DNA of 64,000 bases, taken from the human T2T-CHM13v2.0 reference genome, Homo sapiens. The notes under the pieces are model-generated. The model did no database searches. It saw only the letters and a program-made list of their open reading frames with translations, and was not told where the DNA came from. Positions 40,690 to 62,443 of the stretch are shown here, piece by piece; positions within the stretch are counted from its first letter, which is position 1; each line of letters begins with the position of its first letter. Location of the stretch: assembly GCF_009914755.1 (NCBI RefSeq), contig NC_060930.1, one strand, 5' to 3'. The position numbers were made by a program, and so were the translations under genes.

Positions 40690-41100
40690 GATGTTGGGAT
40701 ATTGTTGGATGCTACAGAAAACTGACTCAGTCTGGCTTAAACAAAGGGGAAATGTATTATTTTTCATAACTAGAAGTAGGGTGAGCTCTAGGCCCGGTCT
40801 GATCAATGGCTCAGCAATGTCATTCAGGACCCAGGGTACTTTCTGTCTCCCTACTCCTCCTCAATGTTGGTGTCATCCTAACACCAATGCTGCTGATTTT
40901 TCCTTATGGTTCCGAGATGATTCCTACTAAGGCTGCCAGTAGCAATCAGAGTTATAGGCTTCTCTTGTAACTACCAGCAGGCAGAACCTCTCCTATTATG
41001 GACTATAAATCCTTTGTTTCAGTCTGATCAGCTCAACTTAGGCCTCCAGCCTACACTCCTGGATCAATAACTGTCACCATGGGAATGTTGTGCTAATGGG
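40690..41100 (-). mobile_element. MLT1-type MaLR LTR remnant
   Basis: acagaaaactgactcagtctggcttaaacaaagggg...ggctcagcaatgtcattcaggacccagg. Confidence 0.6.
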
Positions 41101-41107
41101 CTCAGAA

Positions 41108-44568
<3,461 letters not shown>

Positions 44569-45299
44569 CTCAGACAAATCAGGATCTATTTCCAGAAATG
44601 GAGAGGGATAAATTCCTGAACAAAATCATGTTTTTTTGTTTGTTTGTTTTTAAGAAGGAGGAAGTATTTTCTTTTTGAAATAATGCATTATATTTCTCTA
44701 CAGATATTTAACAGAGAGGATGGATGGAGGGCAAACAATGAGAGACTATACATTCACTGAGAACTATTTATGTGCAAATGTGCTGTGCTCAGTGTTGTGG
44801 GGAAAAGAAATTGCTGACCACGTAGGGAAGATAAGATATGTAGGCATGTGAGTGGTGAAGACAAAGGCTGTAGAATTTCAGACTTCAGAGATATTCTGTC
44901 TTGTGTGACAATGAATGCTAGCTTGATCTGGGCCTTGAAGGTAGATGGGGTTTCAATAAAAGAAGTCAGGTGGAGAGAGATGGCTTGGGAGGCATTCTAG
45001 GTGGAGAGAAAAGCACAGAGAAAATGCTGAGGCAGGAAAGCATAAACTGAATTTTAGTTTAGCCGAAGCTGAGTGCTAGAGAGAAAGAAGACTGGGTCAC
45101 ACTGCTAAAGGCCTCACAGAACCAAGTTGAATCTTAGTGGTAGCTTTATTTTGGGATGCCCGAAGGGAGCATTTATTAGAGGCATAGGCAGCAGTAAAAC
45201 ACATCTTAATGTACTTTAGCAAAGGAGCTTAATTAAGCCAGGTTGTACCTCTCCTATGGCTCTTAGGAAGCATTCACAGGTCAGATCGGCATAATTTAG

Positions 45300-45830
<531 letters not shown>

Positions 45831-47179
45831 TTGCTATTGCTAACTACACATAGGCAGCTAGGAAGCCACAGTCAGGAAAAAAAATCTTTTTCCCCCAAAT
45901 CTGTATCTATGTAAGTAATAACTCTATGTGTATAAAGATAATGCACAGAGAGAATCCTGTGGGAAGAAATACCACTGTTAGGTCAGTCTGGCTAGTTCTA
46001 CGTCCCCTGCAGCACTTGCTAACCCTGCTTTGCTGATGTCAACAGAAATTGTTGCGTGCGTTTACAGATAAATCTCCAAGTATTTAACAAAAGTGGAGCA
46101 AAATACACTTACTAGGTCTAAGCATTTTTAACAAAACAGGATATTTTTCAAAGTGTAGTGCTGAATTAGGCTGTCTTTTTTTTTTTCCTTTTTTTTTTTT
46201 TTTGAGACAGAGTCTTGCTCTGTCACCCAGGCTGGAGTGCAATGGCGTGGTGTCGGCTCACTGCAACCTTTGCCTCCGGGTTCAAGCAATTCTTCTGCCT
46301 CAGCCTCCCCAGTAGCTGGGATTAAAGGTGACTGCCACCACGCCTGGCTAATTTTGGAATTCTTAGTAGAGATGGGGTTTCACCATCTTGGCCAGGATGG
46401 TCTTGATCTCTTGACCTCATGATCCACCCACCTTGGCATCCTAAAGTTTAGGATTACAGGCGTGAGCCACTGCACCTGGCAGGAAGGAAGATTTAGAGGG
46501 CAACTTGTCAATTTGGATGGCATCCTGGGCTGTGGGGCTGGCAGGAAGCTGTCCTGGACAGGGCACAGAGTGGCCAGGACAATAGGGAGGAGAGGCACCG
46601 GCTGGGGGGATTTGCCAGAGGCGGTGCCTCCCTTCCCCAGCAGGGCATGTGCTCCAGATCTTGTGCCACTTGACATGCAGAGCCTGGGTGCAACCTGCAG
46701 AAACCATGTGGGCTGTGCCCCAGCCTTGGGGTGGGTGTGGACCTGGTCTCCCTGGGGATACTGGAAGGGCCTCTGGGAGATATTTAGGGCGCAGCCTGGA
46801 CATCTATACCATGCACTGGCAAACATACAAACAACAAAAAAACAGGGTATTCTATATATTCTATTGATTTTTAAATGTTGGCTGCAGCTGCTACATTCCT
46901 CGAGAGTAACTGAGTCCCACACAAGAAACCCTAAGCTCAACAGATTCTCTATTAGATGATTGCATTTTTTCAGAAACAATCTCCTAACCACCAGGCCTCT
47001 GGCCAATTTCTTTTCTGAGTTCCTGTTCCTGCCAGAAAGGGCAAATTCATTATCCTGTGAGGTCCAAGCTGGCCTCTTGGAGGTACAGCAAAGACTTTTA
47101 CCCTTGGCCTGGAAGCAAAGGCTAGCCATGTGGCGCCCTTGGGCTTTTTTTTTTTTTTTCTAGAAAGTTTTCTGGTGAG

Positions 47180-47950
47180 TTAAAAAAACGTGCTCAGAGT
47201 CCTACCCACCCCCACCCCCATCCCCAGCCCAGGCGAGTTGATGTGTGGATTCCTGGCATTTGTTATTTGCTGCCCAAATGACCCTGGCCTCTGGGAATGA
47301 GGCCCCGGACCTTTGCTTTTATGTCCCAGAGCTCCTGTGAGTTTTACAAAATTATCATAATTATATTTCAATCTTAAGAGCTAGTTCTGCATTTTAGGCT
47401 AAAAAGCAAGAAATGAGGGACAAGAAAGTCACTTTTTGCCTAGTGTCCCTGCTGCCCCCAGCGGTCAGCAGCCTCTGACGCTGAGGGTGTAGACCCGGGT
47501 TCTGAGGCCCCAGTGTGACTTTCCATTGTTCGCGAGGCCCTCACCCGCTGCGCCGCCCGGGCTGAGTCATTCTAAATTCCTTTCTTTGTGTTTTCTCTCT
47601 GCAGTCACGCAGAAATGGTTGCTCCACTAGTCATCTTCTTTCCTTAAACCAAAAAGAAAGAAAAAAAATCTAGCCTTTGATAGTTCTTATTCACGAATCA
47701 GCTAAAATATGAGTCAAACACAAGTTTCCTGAGAGCTATAAATATTTGCTGCACCCCACCCTACTGGGAAATACCCACAGTCCGTGTTTCGCCACCGAGT
47801 GGCTCAAATCTGGAGGATTTCTTTGGTGTCCGGGGTAAAACGATCCCTGCTGTGAGTGGTTTTTAGGGCAGTGAATCTGTAATGTATTCCAAGCTTCTGA
47901 AGACAGGGTGTGTGTGTGTGTGTGTGTGTGCGTGTGCGTGTGTGTTTATG
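47180..47950. promoter_or_regulatory. Candidate enhancer in a repeat-free, CpG-enriched stretch (AP-1 x2, ARE, GC/CACCC boxes)
   Basis: TGAGTCA at 47563-47569 (minus strand ATGACTCAGC = ARE consensus) and at 47710-47716; gccgcccggg; repeated CACCC; local CpG retention. Based on motifs only. Confidence 0.5.
47908..47945. repeat. (TG)n microsatellite with CG interruptions
   Basis: gtgtgtgtgtgtgtgtgtgtgtgcgtgtgcgtgtgtgt. Confidence 0.95.
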
Positions 47951-48374
47951 CTGTAACAATCGGTTCTTTAAAACGTATTTTTTAAAATACAAAGTCCTTA
48001 TGGTGAAAGTTATGGACATTGACACTGGGATAAGAGAGTGGAGAAAGTAGTGAGCTGAATGGCATCCTTCAGGAGTGTCAGTGTTTTGTTTTTTGGTGTT
48101 TTTATTGGCAAGTAAATATGGGTCATTTGGCATGGCCAGTGGGCTGACATGAATATCAACAAGGGCCACTTTGTAGGCCACAGAAGCCACCTTATCATCC
48201 AGTCTGAGGTGTAAAGTTTGAGGGTGGATTGGGGAGGGTCACTCCAGCCTGAAGCCCAAGAGCCAGAAACCCTAGATTTGGGGTTCTAAAGTCAGGCGGA
48301 AGTTTTGGGGCTGACCTTGAGTTTTTGTATTTGTTTTTTACAATGCATTCTTTTTCTGATTGTTCTTATTATTT

Positions 48375-48883
48375 TTAATGACCCAAAGCAATCTATAGCA
48401 ATGCAATTGCTATAAAAATACCAATGACATTCTTCACAGAAATAGAAAAAAAATCCCTAAAATTAATATGGAACCATAAAGACCCCAACTAGCCAAAGCT
48501 ATACTGAGCAAAATGAACAAAGCTGGAGGTATTACACTACCTGATTCAAAATATACTACAAAGTGATAGTAACTGAAACAGCATGGTATTGGTATAAAAA
48601 CAGACACAGACCAATGGAACAGAATAGAGAACCCAGAAATAAATCCATGCATTTACAGCCAACATTTTTTTATAAAGGCACCGTGGACATACACCAGGAA
48701 AAGGATGCCTCCTTCAATAAATGATGCTGGGAAAACTCGATATCCATATGCAGAAGAATGAAACTAGACCCCTCACCGTCTCTGGACACACTGCCTATGA
48801 GTTAGCCCTGCTCCTCACACAGCAGCAGGAAAAAAAAAAAAAGCAAATAGACCCCTATTTCTTACCATATACTAAAATCAACT
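48375..48883 (+). mobile_element. L1MA/L1PB-type ORF2 fragment (decayed)
   Basis: ccaatgacattcttcacagaaatagaaaaa...aacaaagctggaggtattacactacctga...agaccaatggaacagaatagagaacccagaaataaatcca. Confidence 0.9.
48774..48844 (+). mobile_element. Short polyadenylated insert (56 nt + A13) with TSD inside the L1
   Basis: aaactagacccct (48761-48773) and aaatagacccct (48845-48856) flank caccgtctctggacacactgcctatgagttagccctgctcctcacacagcagcagg-A13. Confidence 0.75.
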
Positions 48884-49189
48884 AGTCTGGGTGTGGTGGC
48901 TTATGCCTGTAATCTGAGCACTTTGAGAGGCTGAGGCAGGTGGATCACCTGAGCCCAGGAGTTTGAGACCAGCTTGGCCAACATGGCAAAACCCCGTCTC
49001 TACTAAAAATACAAAAATTAGCCAGGCATGGTGGCATGTGCCTGTAGTCCCAGCTACTCAGGAGGCTGAAGTACGAGAATCACTTGAACCCAGGAGGTGG
49101 AGGCTGCAATGAGTCAAGATCACACCACTGCACTCCAGTCTGGGCAACAGAGTGAGACCCTGTCTCAAAAAAAAAAAAAAAAAAAGAAT

Positions 49190-49605
49190 AAAACACCTGT
49201 ACGTGAATGTTCTAGCAGTGTTATTCATAACTGCCAAAAAATAGAAACATCAACTAATGAAAAAACAAATAAATAATAATATATCCATTCAATGGAATAT
49301 TATTTGGCAATAAAAAAGGAATGAAATACAGATACATGCTACCAGAGGATGAACCTAGAAAACAGGCTAAGAGAAATAAGCCAGTCATAACAGATCACAT
49401 ATTCTATAAGAAATGTCCAGAATAGTCATATCTGTAGAGACGGAAAGTAGGTTAGTGGTTGACTGGTACTGGGAAAAGAGAGGGAATGAAGAGTGACTGT
49501 GAATGGATATGAGGTTTCTTTACAGGGTGATGACGTGTTCTGTAATTAGACATTTAATAGTTGCACAACCCTGAATATACTAAAAAATCACTAAATTGTA
49601 CACTT
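49190..49605 (+). mobile_element. L1MB-type 3' region
   Basis: aaaggaatgaaatacagatacatgctac...gaaatgtccagaatag...agagacggaaagtaggttagtggttg...gaatatactaaaaa. Confidence 0.8.
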
Positions 49606-49715
49606 TTTTAAAAAAGAGATGGGGTCTTGCTATGTTTCCTAGGCTCAAGTAATCTTCCCTCTACAGCCTCCTGAGTAGCTGAGCCCTACAGGTGCACTCC
49701 ATCATGCCCAGCTGA

Positions 49716-49907
<192 letters not shown>

Positions 49908-50180
49908 TAGTAGAGACCGGGTTTCACCATCTTGGCCAGGCTGGTTTCAAACTCCTGACCTCAGGTGATCTGCCTGCCTCGGCCTCCCAAAGTGCTGGGA
50001 TTTCAGGCCTGAGCCACCGCGCCTGGCCTACTCAACATTTTTGAGGTCTCTATATGGTCCTGAATTATATTATTCCATAATAAACATCCACCAGATTTAA
50101 CTTATATTTCCCTAATCATGGACACCTGGGTTGCCTCCAACTCTGTCACAATAAACAGTGTGGAGTATACGCTTTCTTAG

Positions 50181-51136
<956 letters not shown>

Positions 51137-51319
51137 TAGAGGAGAGGGTCTCACTGTGTTGCCCAGGCTGGTCTTGAACTCCGAGGCTTAAGTGTCAGCC
51201 TCCCAAAATGCTAGGATTGCAGATGTTACAGATGGGAGCCACCACACCTAGCCTGAAATATCTTCTTAGTGTTAAAAAAAAAAAAAAAAAGAGAGAAGTG
51301 CATTATAATAGATATTGTA

Positions 51320-51933
<614 letters not shown>

Positions 51934-52237
51934 TTAGATCTTATATGGGTGATTTATTCAATATACAGACTTGAATTTCCTCTAACAGCATTCATTACTT
52001 CATACAAAACAGTTCTTTTTTTTTTTTTTTTTTTTTTCTGAGATGGAGTCTTGCTCTATTGCCCAGGCTGGAATACGGTGGTATCATCTCGGCTCCCTGC
52101 AACCTCCACCTCCCGAGTTCAAGTGATTCTCCTGCCTCAGCCTCCTGAGTAGCTAGGACTACAGGCTCACGCCACCATGCCCAGCTAATTTTTGTATTTT
52201 TAGTAGAGACGGGGTTTCACTATGTTGGTCTGGCTGA

Positions 52238-52645
<408 letters not shown>

Positions 52646-54392
52646 AACAATTCTTAAGCATTAAAAAGATCAGACTCTTTATCCTTTCCAGATCACTTTT
52701 AATATCAACAAAACTTCTGGGGAAAGTTCAAGTTTCAGACTGTAGAGTGAAGGCTATAAAACGTGCTTAACACAAGGGGCTATTTGTAGTGCTCTAAAGC
52801 ATGATTGGGACCAGGATGCACACTTGATCGGAGAGGTGATAACACTGTTGGACATGTTAGCGTATTTCAGTTGTTTCTGACAGTGAGAGTGCTTAAGAAA
52901 AAGATTTAATACAATATATATGTATAATCCTACCCCTCTACCAAAGTCTAGACGATTATGGACTGAGAATGTGTATGAGGAAACTGATAGTTTCAATAGT
53001 TTTTTAGCTCAGTTGGGCAAAAGTGGCTTCTCACTCAAGCACAGGACTGGCAGTGATGTAACACTTCTAAGTTTCCGCCTCCCCCAACATCAAGATAAAG
53101 TGAAAGTAAACAGGCACTTGGAAAATTACTAGTGTTCTTCCTCCTCCAGGCACATAAGAAAAGGGGGCAGAAAATTCCTTACATTTCATTTCTTTTCAGT
53201 ATTGCTTATGCTCACAGCTTTCCTTTGCACAGCTCCTAGAAATAATTTTCTATATTATCCTTTGAGAGTAAAAACTTTTATAATTGGCTTTTCTGCTTAT
53301 GGTTGCTCTAAAAGGCAGAGGCATCTGAAAAGGCTTTGTGATCCATCTTAATTTACATGTCTATGAGAAAGATAATTTATTCTTTAACTGAAATTAAACA
53401 TTTACCCCATGTCTCTTCTTCTGAGGCAGTAACATGCTTTTACTGAGAGGAACCAGGCCATTTCCTATAGTGGTCTTCCTGCCTTCACATTTAAATGTTA
53501 CATCAGTCTTTTTCTGTTTGGGGGAATTTCTCTCTCTCTCTTTTCTTTTTTGTGAGACAGCGTCTGGCTCTGTCACCCAGGCTGGAGGGCAGTGGTATGA
53601 TCTTGGCTCACTGAAGCCTTGACCACTTGGGCTCAAGCTATCCTCCCACCTCAACCTCCTGAGTAGCTGAGACCACAGGCATGCACCACCATGGCTGGCT
53701 TTTTTGTTTGTTTGTTTTGTTTTTGTGATAGCTTTGGTCCCAATATTTGGGGGAATTTTATTTTGAACATCCAGAGGGGAGATAAGATAATCTACTCTGC
53801 AACAAAGTCTAAACTCAGATATCTCTATTTCTGATTTCCTGAAAACGAAACAAAGGCTGAAGTAAGAAAGACATTACCATGGCTAATACAAACTGCTGTC
53901 TTCAGCGTTTTGTCTCAAGTTCTTTCATAAACTGGACTCTCAAGGTCAGTTGGCACGCTTCTTCCCCATTGGATTTGCTTGTTGGGTGGATAATAATGCT
54001 TTTACATGAGAGGTTTTGAAGGCTGGAGCTTATAAACAAAAACGCTTGATAAATAAAAATGTGAGCTGCAGGAGAAAAGGGACTTGGCTTATTTCTTTTT
54101 TTTTTTCCACTTCCATGTCGTCGTGCAAAAAGCAATGCCTGGTACATAGTGGATGCTCAGTAAATACTTGTTGAATAACTGGGAGAAGTATTTTGCATAT
54201 ACAAAACTAAGCTACTCTCAAATACTTTCAAAACTATTTGCTAATAATTACCATTTATAACTTATTTTGATGTTAGCATATTTATTCATTAAAAGCTTGC
54301 ACTACTGTTGACCTGGAGCCTTATTGAAAAAAAAAAATTGAAAAGCAGTCGGCACATTTATTTAATTTTTTGGGTCAGCAGAAAACATATGA

Positions 54393-54709
<317 letters not shown>

Positions 54710-55331
54710 TCAAAAAAAAAATTATGTATTTATTTATTATTTTTTGAGACAGGGTCTTGCTCTGTTGCCCAGGCTGGAGTGGCTTGGTGTGAACATGGCT
54801 CACTGTGGCCTCAACCTCCTGGGCTCAAGTGATCCTCCCACCTCAGCCTCCTGAGTAGCTGGGACCACAGGTCTGTGCCAGCACACCTGGCTAAGTTTTT
54901 AGAAAATTTTTTGTAGAGATGGGGTCTTGCCTTGTTGTGCAGTCTGGTATTGAATTCCTGGGCTCAAGCAATCCTCCTGCCCTCAGCCTCATAAAGTGTT
55001 GGGATAACAGGTGTGAGCCTTTGTGCCTGGTCAAAAATATCAATTTTTAGTCTATTTAACTAAAGGGTTGTTATTTAATAAGCATCCTAAGTGAACTAAG
55101 CACATGTTGTTATGAGTGAGACCATGCTGAGATGAATGGAATGAACCCTGCCTTCAAGATGTTTGTGATGAATCTATTCCTGGGACAGACACAGACATGT
55201 GTTCATTAAGTATTATAAAGAAAGAGGGCCGGGTGCAGTGGCTCACGGGAGGCTGAGGCTGGCGGATTGCCTGAGCTCAGGGGTTCGAGGCCAGCCTGGG
55301 CAACAGGCTCTACTAAAAATTTAGTATTTTA

Positions 55332-55469
<138 letters not shown>

Positions 55470-56895
55470 CTACAGCCTGGGCAACAGAGCAAGACTCTGT
55501 CTCCAAAAAAAAAAAAAGGAGGAAGGGGATCAAGGAGTCAAGGAGTCAGAAGGAGCTCCAGGGAGGGAAAGGGCTGTGTCAGATGCATCTTTGTATCCTT
55601 GTTGCCTAGCAAAGGGTAGATACTTAGTATTCGCTGAATGAATGAAGAAATTCTCTCTTCCACATAATTGAGCCTAAATCCTTGAGTTTAAAATAAAGGG
55701 AAACCCCAAAATAAATAAATAATGTGGCACTTTAGTAGGTTAAAGGGAGACACCACATCTAGATCAGGGAGGGTGGAAGAAATTAGGGGTCATGAAGGAG
55801 GTGGCAAGGTTGAGGAGAGACCTTCCAGACCCAGGGAAGGAAATTAATAAAGGTATGAAGAGGAAAGGGAAGATGGAGAGAAGGCATGGGGAAGTGAAGC
55901 AGCCAGATCGCTGCAACAAGGCATGGCTCCCACCATAAGATAAGGGTAGGGTAGGCTGAACCTAAGGGTGAGGAGGGCACAGCTGCTGGGTGGGAGAGTT
56001 TACTGGGTAGGCCCAGGGAAGCCATGGGGCTCACCATAGGGGAGCACCTTAATCAGAGAGATTAGTTGTATTGGGACAATGAACTCAACACTGGTGGGAA
56101 GCTGGGATAGAAGAGGGCAAGACTAAAGGCAGTGATACCACTTAACTTTTCTACTCTAGGTGTAAACAAAAGCCACTAGACTCTTACTTAGGAGATGAGA
56201 GTGGGTTTTTTTTTGTTGTTTTTTTTTTTGAGAAAGACTCTCGCTCTGTCACTCAGTCTGGAGTGCAGTGAGATCTCAGCTCACTGCAGCCTCGATCTCC
56301 TGGGCTCAAGTGATTCTCTCAACTCAGCCTCCTGAATAACTGGGGCTACAGGTATGCACCACCATGCCCGGCCAATTTTTTGTATTTTTTGTAGAGACCA
56401 GGTTTCACCATGTTGCCCAAGCTGGTCTCAAACTCCCGGGCTCAAGCCATCTATCCACCTTGACCTTCCAAAGTACTGGGATTTCAGGTGTGAGGCACTG
56501 TGCCTGGCCTGGAAGAAGGATTAAGAAAAAAAAAATTCCAGGCCGGACATGGTGGCTTACACCTGTAATCCCGGCACTTTGAAAGGCTGAGGCGGGAGGA
56601 TCACTTGAACCCAGGAGACTAGACTGGACAACATAGTGAAACCCCATCTCTACAAAATACAAAAATTAGCTGGGCATGGTGGTGCAGACCTTTAGTACCA
56701 GCTAGTCTGGAGGCTGAAGTGGGAGGATCTCTTGAGCCTGTGGGGTAGAGGCTGCAGTGAGCTGTGATCATGCCACGCCCCCCAGCCTGGGTGACAGAGT
56801 GATACTCTGTTTCAAAACAAACAAAAAATTCCAGAGACATGAAAAAACTGAAATGGAAGAGCCAGGTGTTTTTTTTGTTTGTTTTTTGTTTTTGA

Positions 56896-57087
<192 letters not shown>

Positions 57088-57564
57088 TAATTTTTTTGTA
57101 TTTTTAGTAGAGAAGGTGTTTCACCACGTTAGCCAGGCTGGTCTGGAACTCTTGACCTCAGGCAATCCACCCGCCTTGGCCTCCCAAAGTGCTGGGATTA
57201 CAGGTGTGAGCCACTGTGCCCGGTCGGCAGGTGGTTGTTTTGGCACAGAGTAGGGGGTTTGGTGGGAGGCTAGGGAGGAGGAACAGAAATGACTTTGGGC
57301 CAAGCCTAAGTGACTGGGGAAATGTACTTTTAAGAGAAATATGAAGGTGGCAGGAACAGCCAGTTTTATTTAGAATGGGGGTGGGGGAGTGAGGTTGGAT
57401 TTAAATAGTCTCAGGTGCAAGGAAGGATAGCCAGCTGGGGATGTCCAGCAGGTAGTTGAAAACCTAGCGGTGCCAGGCACGGTGGCTCACGCCTGTAATC
57501 CCAGCACTTTGGGAGGCCGAGGTGGGCGGATCACAAGGTCAGGAGATCGAGACCATCCTGGCTA

Positions 57565-57784
<220 letters not shown>

Positions 57785-58176
57785 TTACACAACAGCTTGG
57801 GCAACAGGTCTTTTGTTTTTAAAACAATATATTTGGCCAGGCACGGCAATCCCAGCACTTTGGGAGGCTGAGGCGGGCAAATCACGAGGTCAGGAGTTCG
57901 TAGACCAGCCTGGCCAACATGGTGAAACCCCATCTCTACTAAAAATACAAAAATTAGCCAGGTATGGTGGCGCATGCCTTTAGTCCCAGCTACTCAGGAG
58001 GCTGAGGCAGGGGAATCGCTGAACCTGGGAGGTGGAGGTCGCAGTGAGCAGAGATCGCGCCACTGCACTCCAGCCTGGGCAACAGAGCAAGTGTCCGTCT
58101 GAAAATAAATAAATAAATGAAACAATATATTTATTTGAATAGGTCATACTGCCACATTTGGTAAAGTGAAAATTAA

Positions 58177-60170
<1,994 letters not shown>

Positions 60171-60759
60171 CACTGTTTTCCAGTTTCTTGAGTATTATCT
60201 TAGAGATATTCTGTACACTTGTGATTTAATGTCTCCAGGAGACTTCTGTATTTTTATTTAAGGACTAGAGAAGACGTGTGTATCTCTGAGATAGAAGGAA
60301 AAGAATAAGGGGAGAGACTGAAGAAGTAAATGAAAGAGGAGCTCCTAACTGGGCGTGATAGCACATGCTGTGTAGTGCCAGCTACTTGGGAGGCTGAGGC
60401 AGGAGGATCGCTTGAGCTCAGCTTGGGCAACAAAGCAAGACCCTGTCTCAATTATTTAAAAAAAGAATTACTGAAGCAAGTCCTTAGAGGAGGTGGGAGA
60501 GAGAGAATCAGTGTAGTGTGGGCATATGCTATAGCAAGAAGGACTGACTCTATTCAGAGCTAGGAAGGGCAGGTTGATGGCAACAGAGATTTCTGATGCT
60601 GTATCCCTTAGGAGGCCCAAGTTCCTCGGCTTTGTGGTAGCAGAAATGTGTGTAGAGAAGACGATGGCTCGAGCAGGATGCAGAAAAGATGTCAAAGAGT
60701 CACTGTGGACACTAGGAAACATCACAGAACTGTCAGATCCAAAAATCAATTCACAAAGG

Positions 60760-60765
60760 TTTATT
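60760..60765 (-). terminator. SLC17A5: Distal polyadenylation signal AATAAA of SLC17A5
   Basis: Minus-strand AATAAA with upstream UGUA elements and a U-rich tract downstream (plus-strand ccaaaaatca). Confidence 0.8.
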
Positions 60766-61148
60766 TTGATGATTTATAAAAGAAACATTGCCATAGCAAT
60801 TTAAAGCTATTTACAAATTTAAAAATAAATGTACATAAATGTATTCACATCACATTAAACAGTTTTAAAATATTACACGTAGTGTTGAACACAAAACATA
60901 AACTAAGTTTTAAGCCACATAGGTGTTCTGAAAGCATGCTCAACAACCACAGCCACTGGAGGATGGTCCACTGGAAAAATATGATTTCAGGAACCAGAAG
61001 TAAAGATGATTACCCTAGTCTCAGGTGATGTGGCCTTTAAAAGTCACTTTAACTTTAAACTGCAACACAAACTTAGATGAAGACAGACTGAACAAACAGT
61101 GAGAATTAATTAAAAAAAAAATTCTCGTGTAGCTTAAAAACATAGAAC

Positions 61149-61285
61149 AGGCTGGGCACAGTGGCTCATGCCTGTAGTCTCAACACTTTGTGAGGCCGAG
61201 ACAGGAGGATCGCTTGAAGCCAGGAGTTCAAAACCAGCCTGGGCGACAAAACGAGACCCCATCTCTACAAAATACAAACGAACAA
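61149..61285 (+). mobile_element. FLAM-type Alu monomer in SLC17A5 3'UTR (antisense in the mRNA)
   Basis: ggctgggcacagtggctcatgcctgtagtc...ccagcctgggcgacaaaacgagaccccatctctacaaaa. Confidence 0.9.
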
Positions 61286-61335
61286 AACACAGCACATAGA
61301 AATTTATACTGTGATCCATGTGAGAGTAGATTTAA

Positions 61336-61684
<349 letters not shown>

Positions 61685-62443
61685 GCTTCGCATTTTTCTT
61701 TTGCAGGTTGCATGCCAGCCAATATTCCTCTGTGCTGGGAAGGGAAAGTTTGAGGATGTATCAAGACCATAGCAGTGGATCTCACTGCTCTTGCCTACTC
61801 AGGGCTTTATCTACACATTGATAGCCCCTCAGAGGAAAGGCACCAGCCGAAGAGTCGACACTGGCTCTGGGCTTGGATGCTGCCTCTGATAAACGCTGGG
61901 CACTCTGACCCTGAAGCCAGGGAGGGAGTGCTTGGCAGCTGCCTGGGCACACTCCCCTCAGTCCAGTTGCCAGGCGAAATTATACAGTGGATGGCAGCTC
62001 CACAGAGATGCTAAAGTTTGAGGTCTAAGTGTCAGAGAGAGCTGACAATTTTTATGAGCAAAGTGAACAACAACAGGTGTTTATCAGTACCTGAGAATTA
62101 TCATCTAGTTTAATTAAGCAAAGGTATCAGGAGGTCTGTTTCAGCTCATTCCCTTTAGTATGGCCCTAAAAAATCAACAGAACTGTCCTACTTCATGTTG
62201 CCCGACTAGCAGGCAGGTATGTGAACCTAAAGTAGAAGTCCTAGCTTACATATTATTCATAATTAAACACAGTTCATTTTATTATTCTGGCAACTAGTGA
62301 TATTTCATGATTATAGGCCTTAAAAATCTAATACAAGTACAATTAAAAAAAGACATAGAATGCTTACACAATACAGAAGGCACTTTGAGGTTACATGATA
62401 AATAAAAATACATTAATAGAGGCAGGATTATTTATTGGTTCCT

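Noticed and set aside
46380-47129. 249-aa minus ORF and overlapping 165-aa plus ORF
   Set aside because: They end or begin in an Alu, have Cys/Trp/Pro-rich non-protein-like composition and show no recognisable domain. Ribo-seq or codon-conservation evidence would be needed.
47447-47470. CTCF-like motif (minus TGACCGCTGGGGGCAGC)
   Set aside because: Spacing is one base short of the core consensus, or mismatches key positions when shifted. Not supportable without ChIP data.
48434-48652. 72-aa hydrophobic minus ORF
   Set aside because: Antisense translation of a decayed L1 ORF2 fragment.
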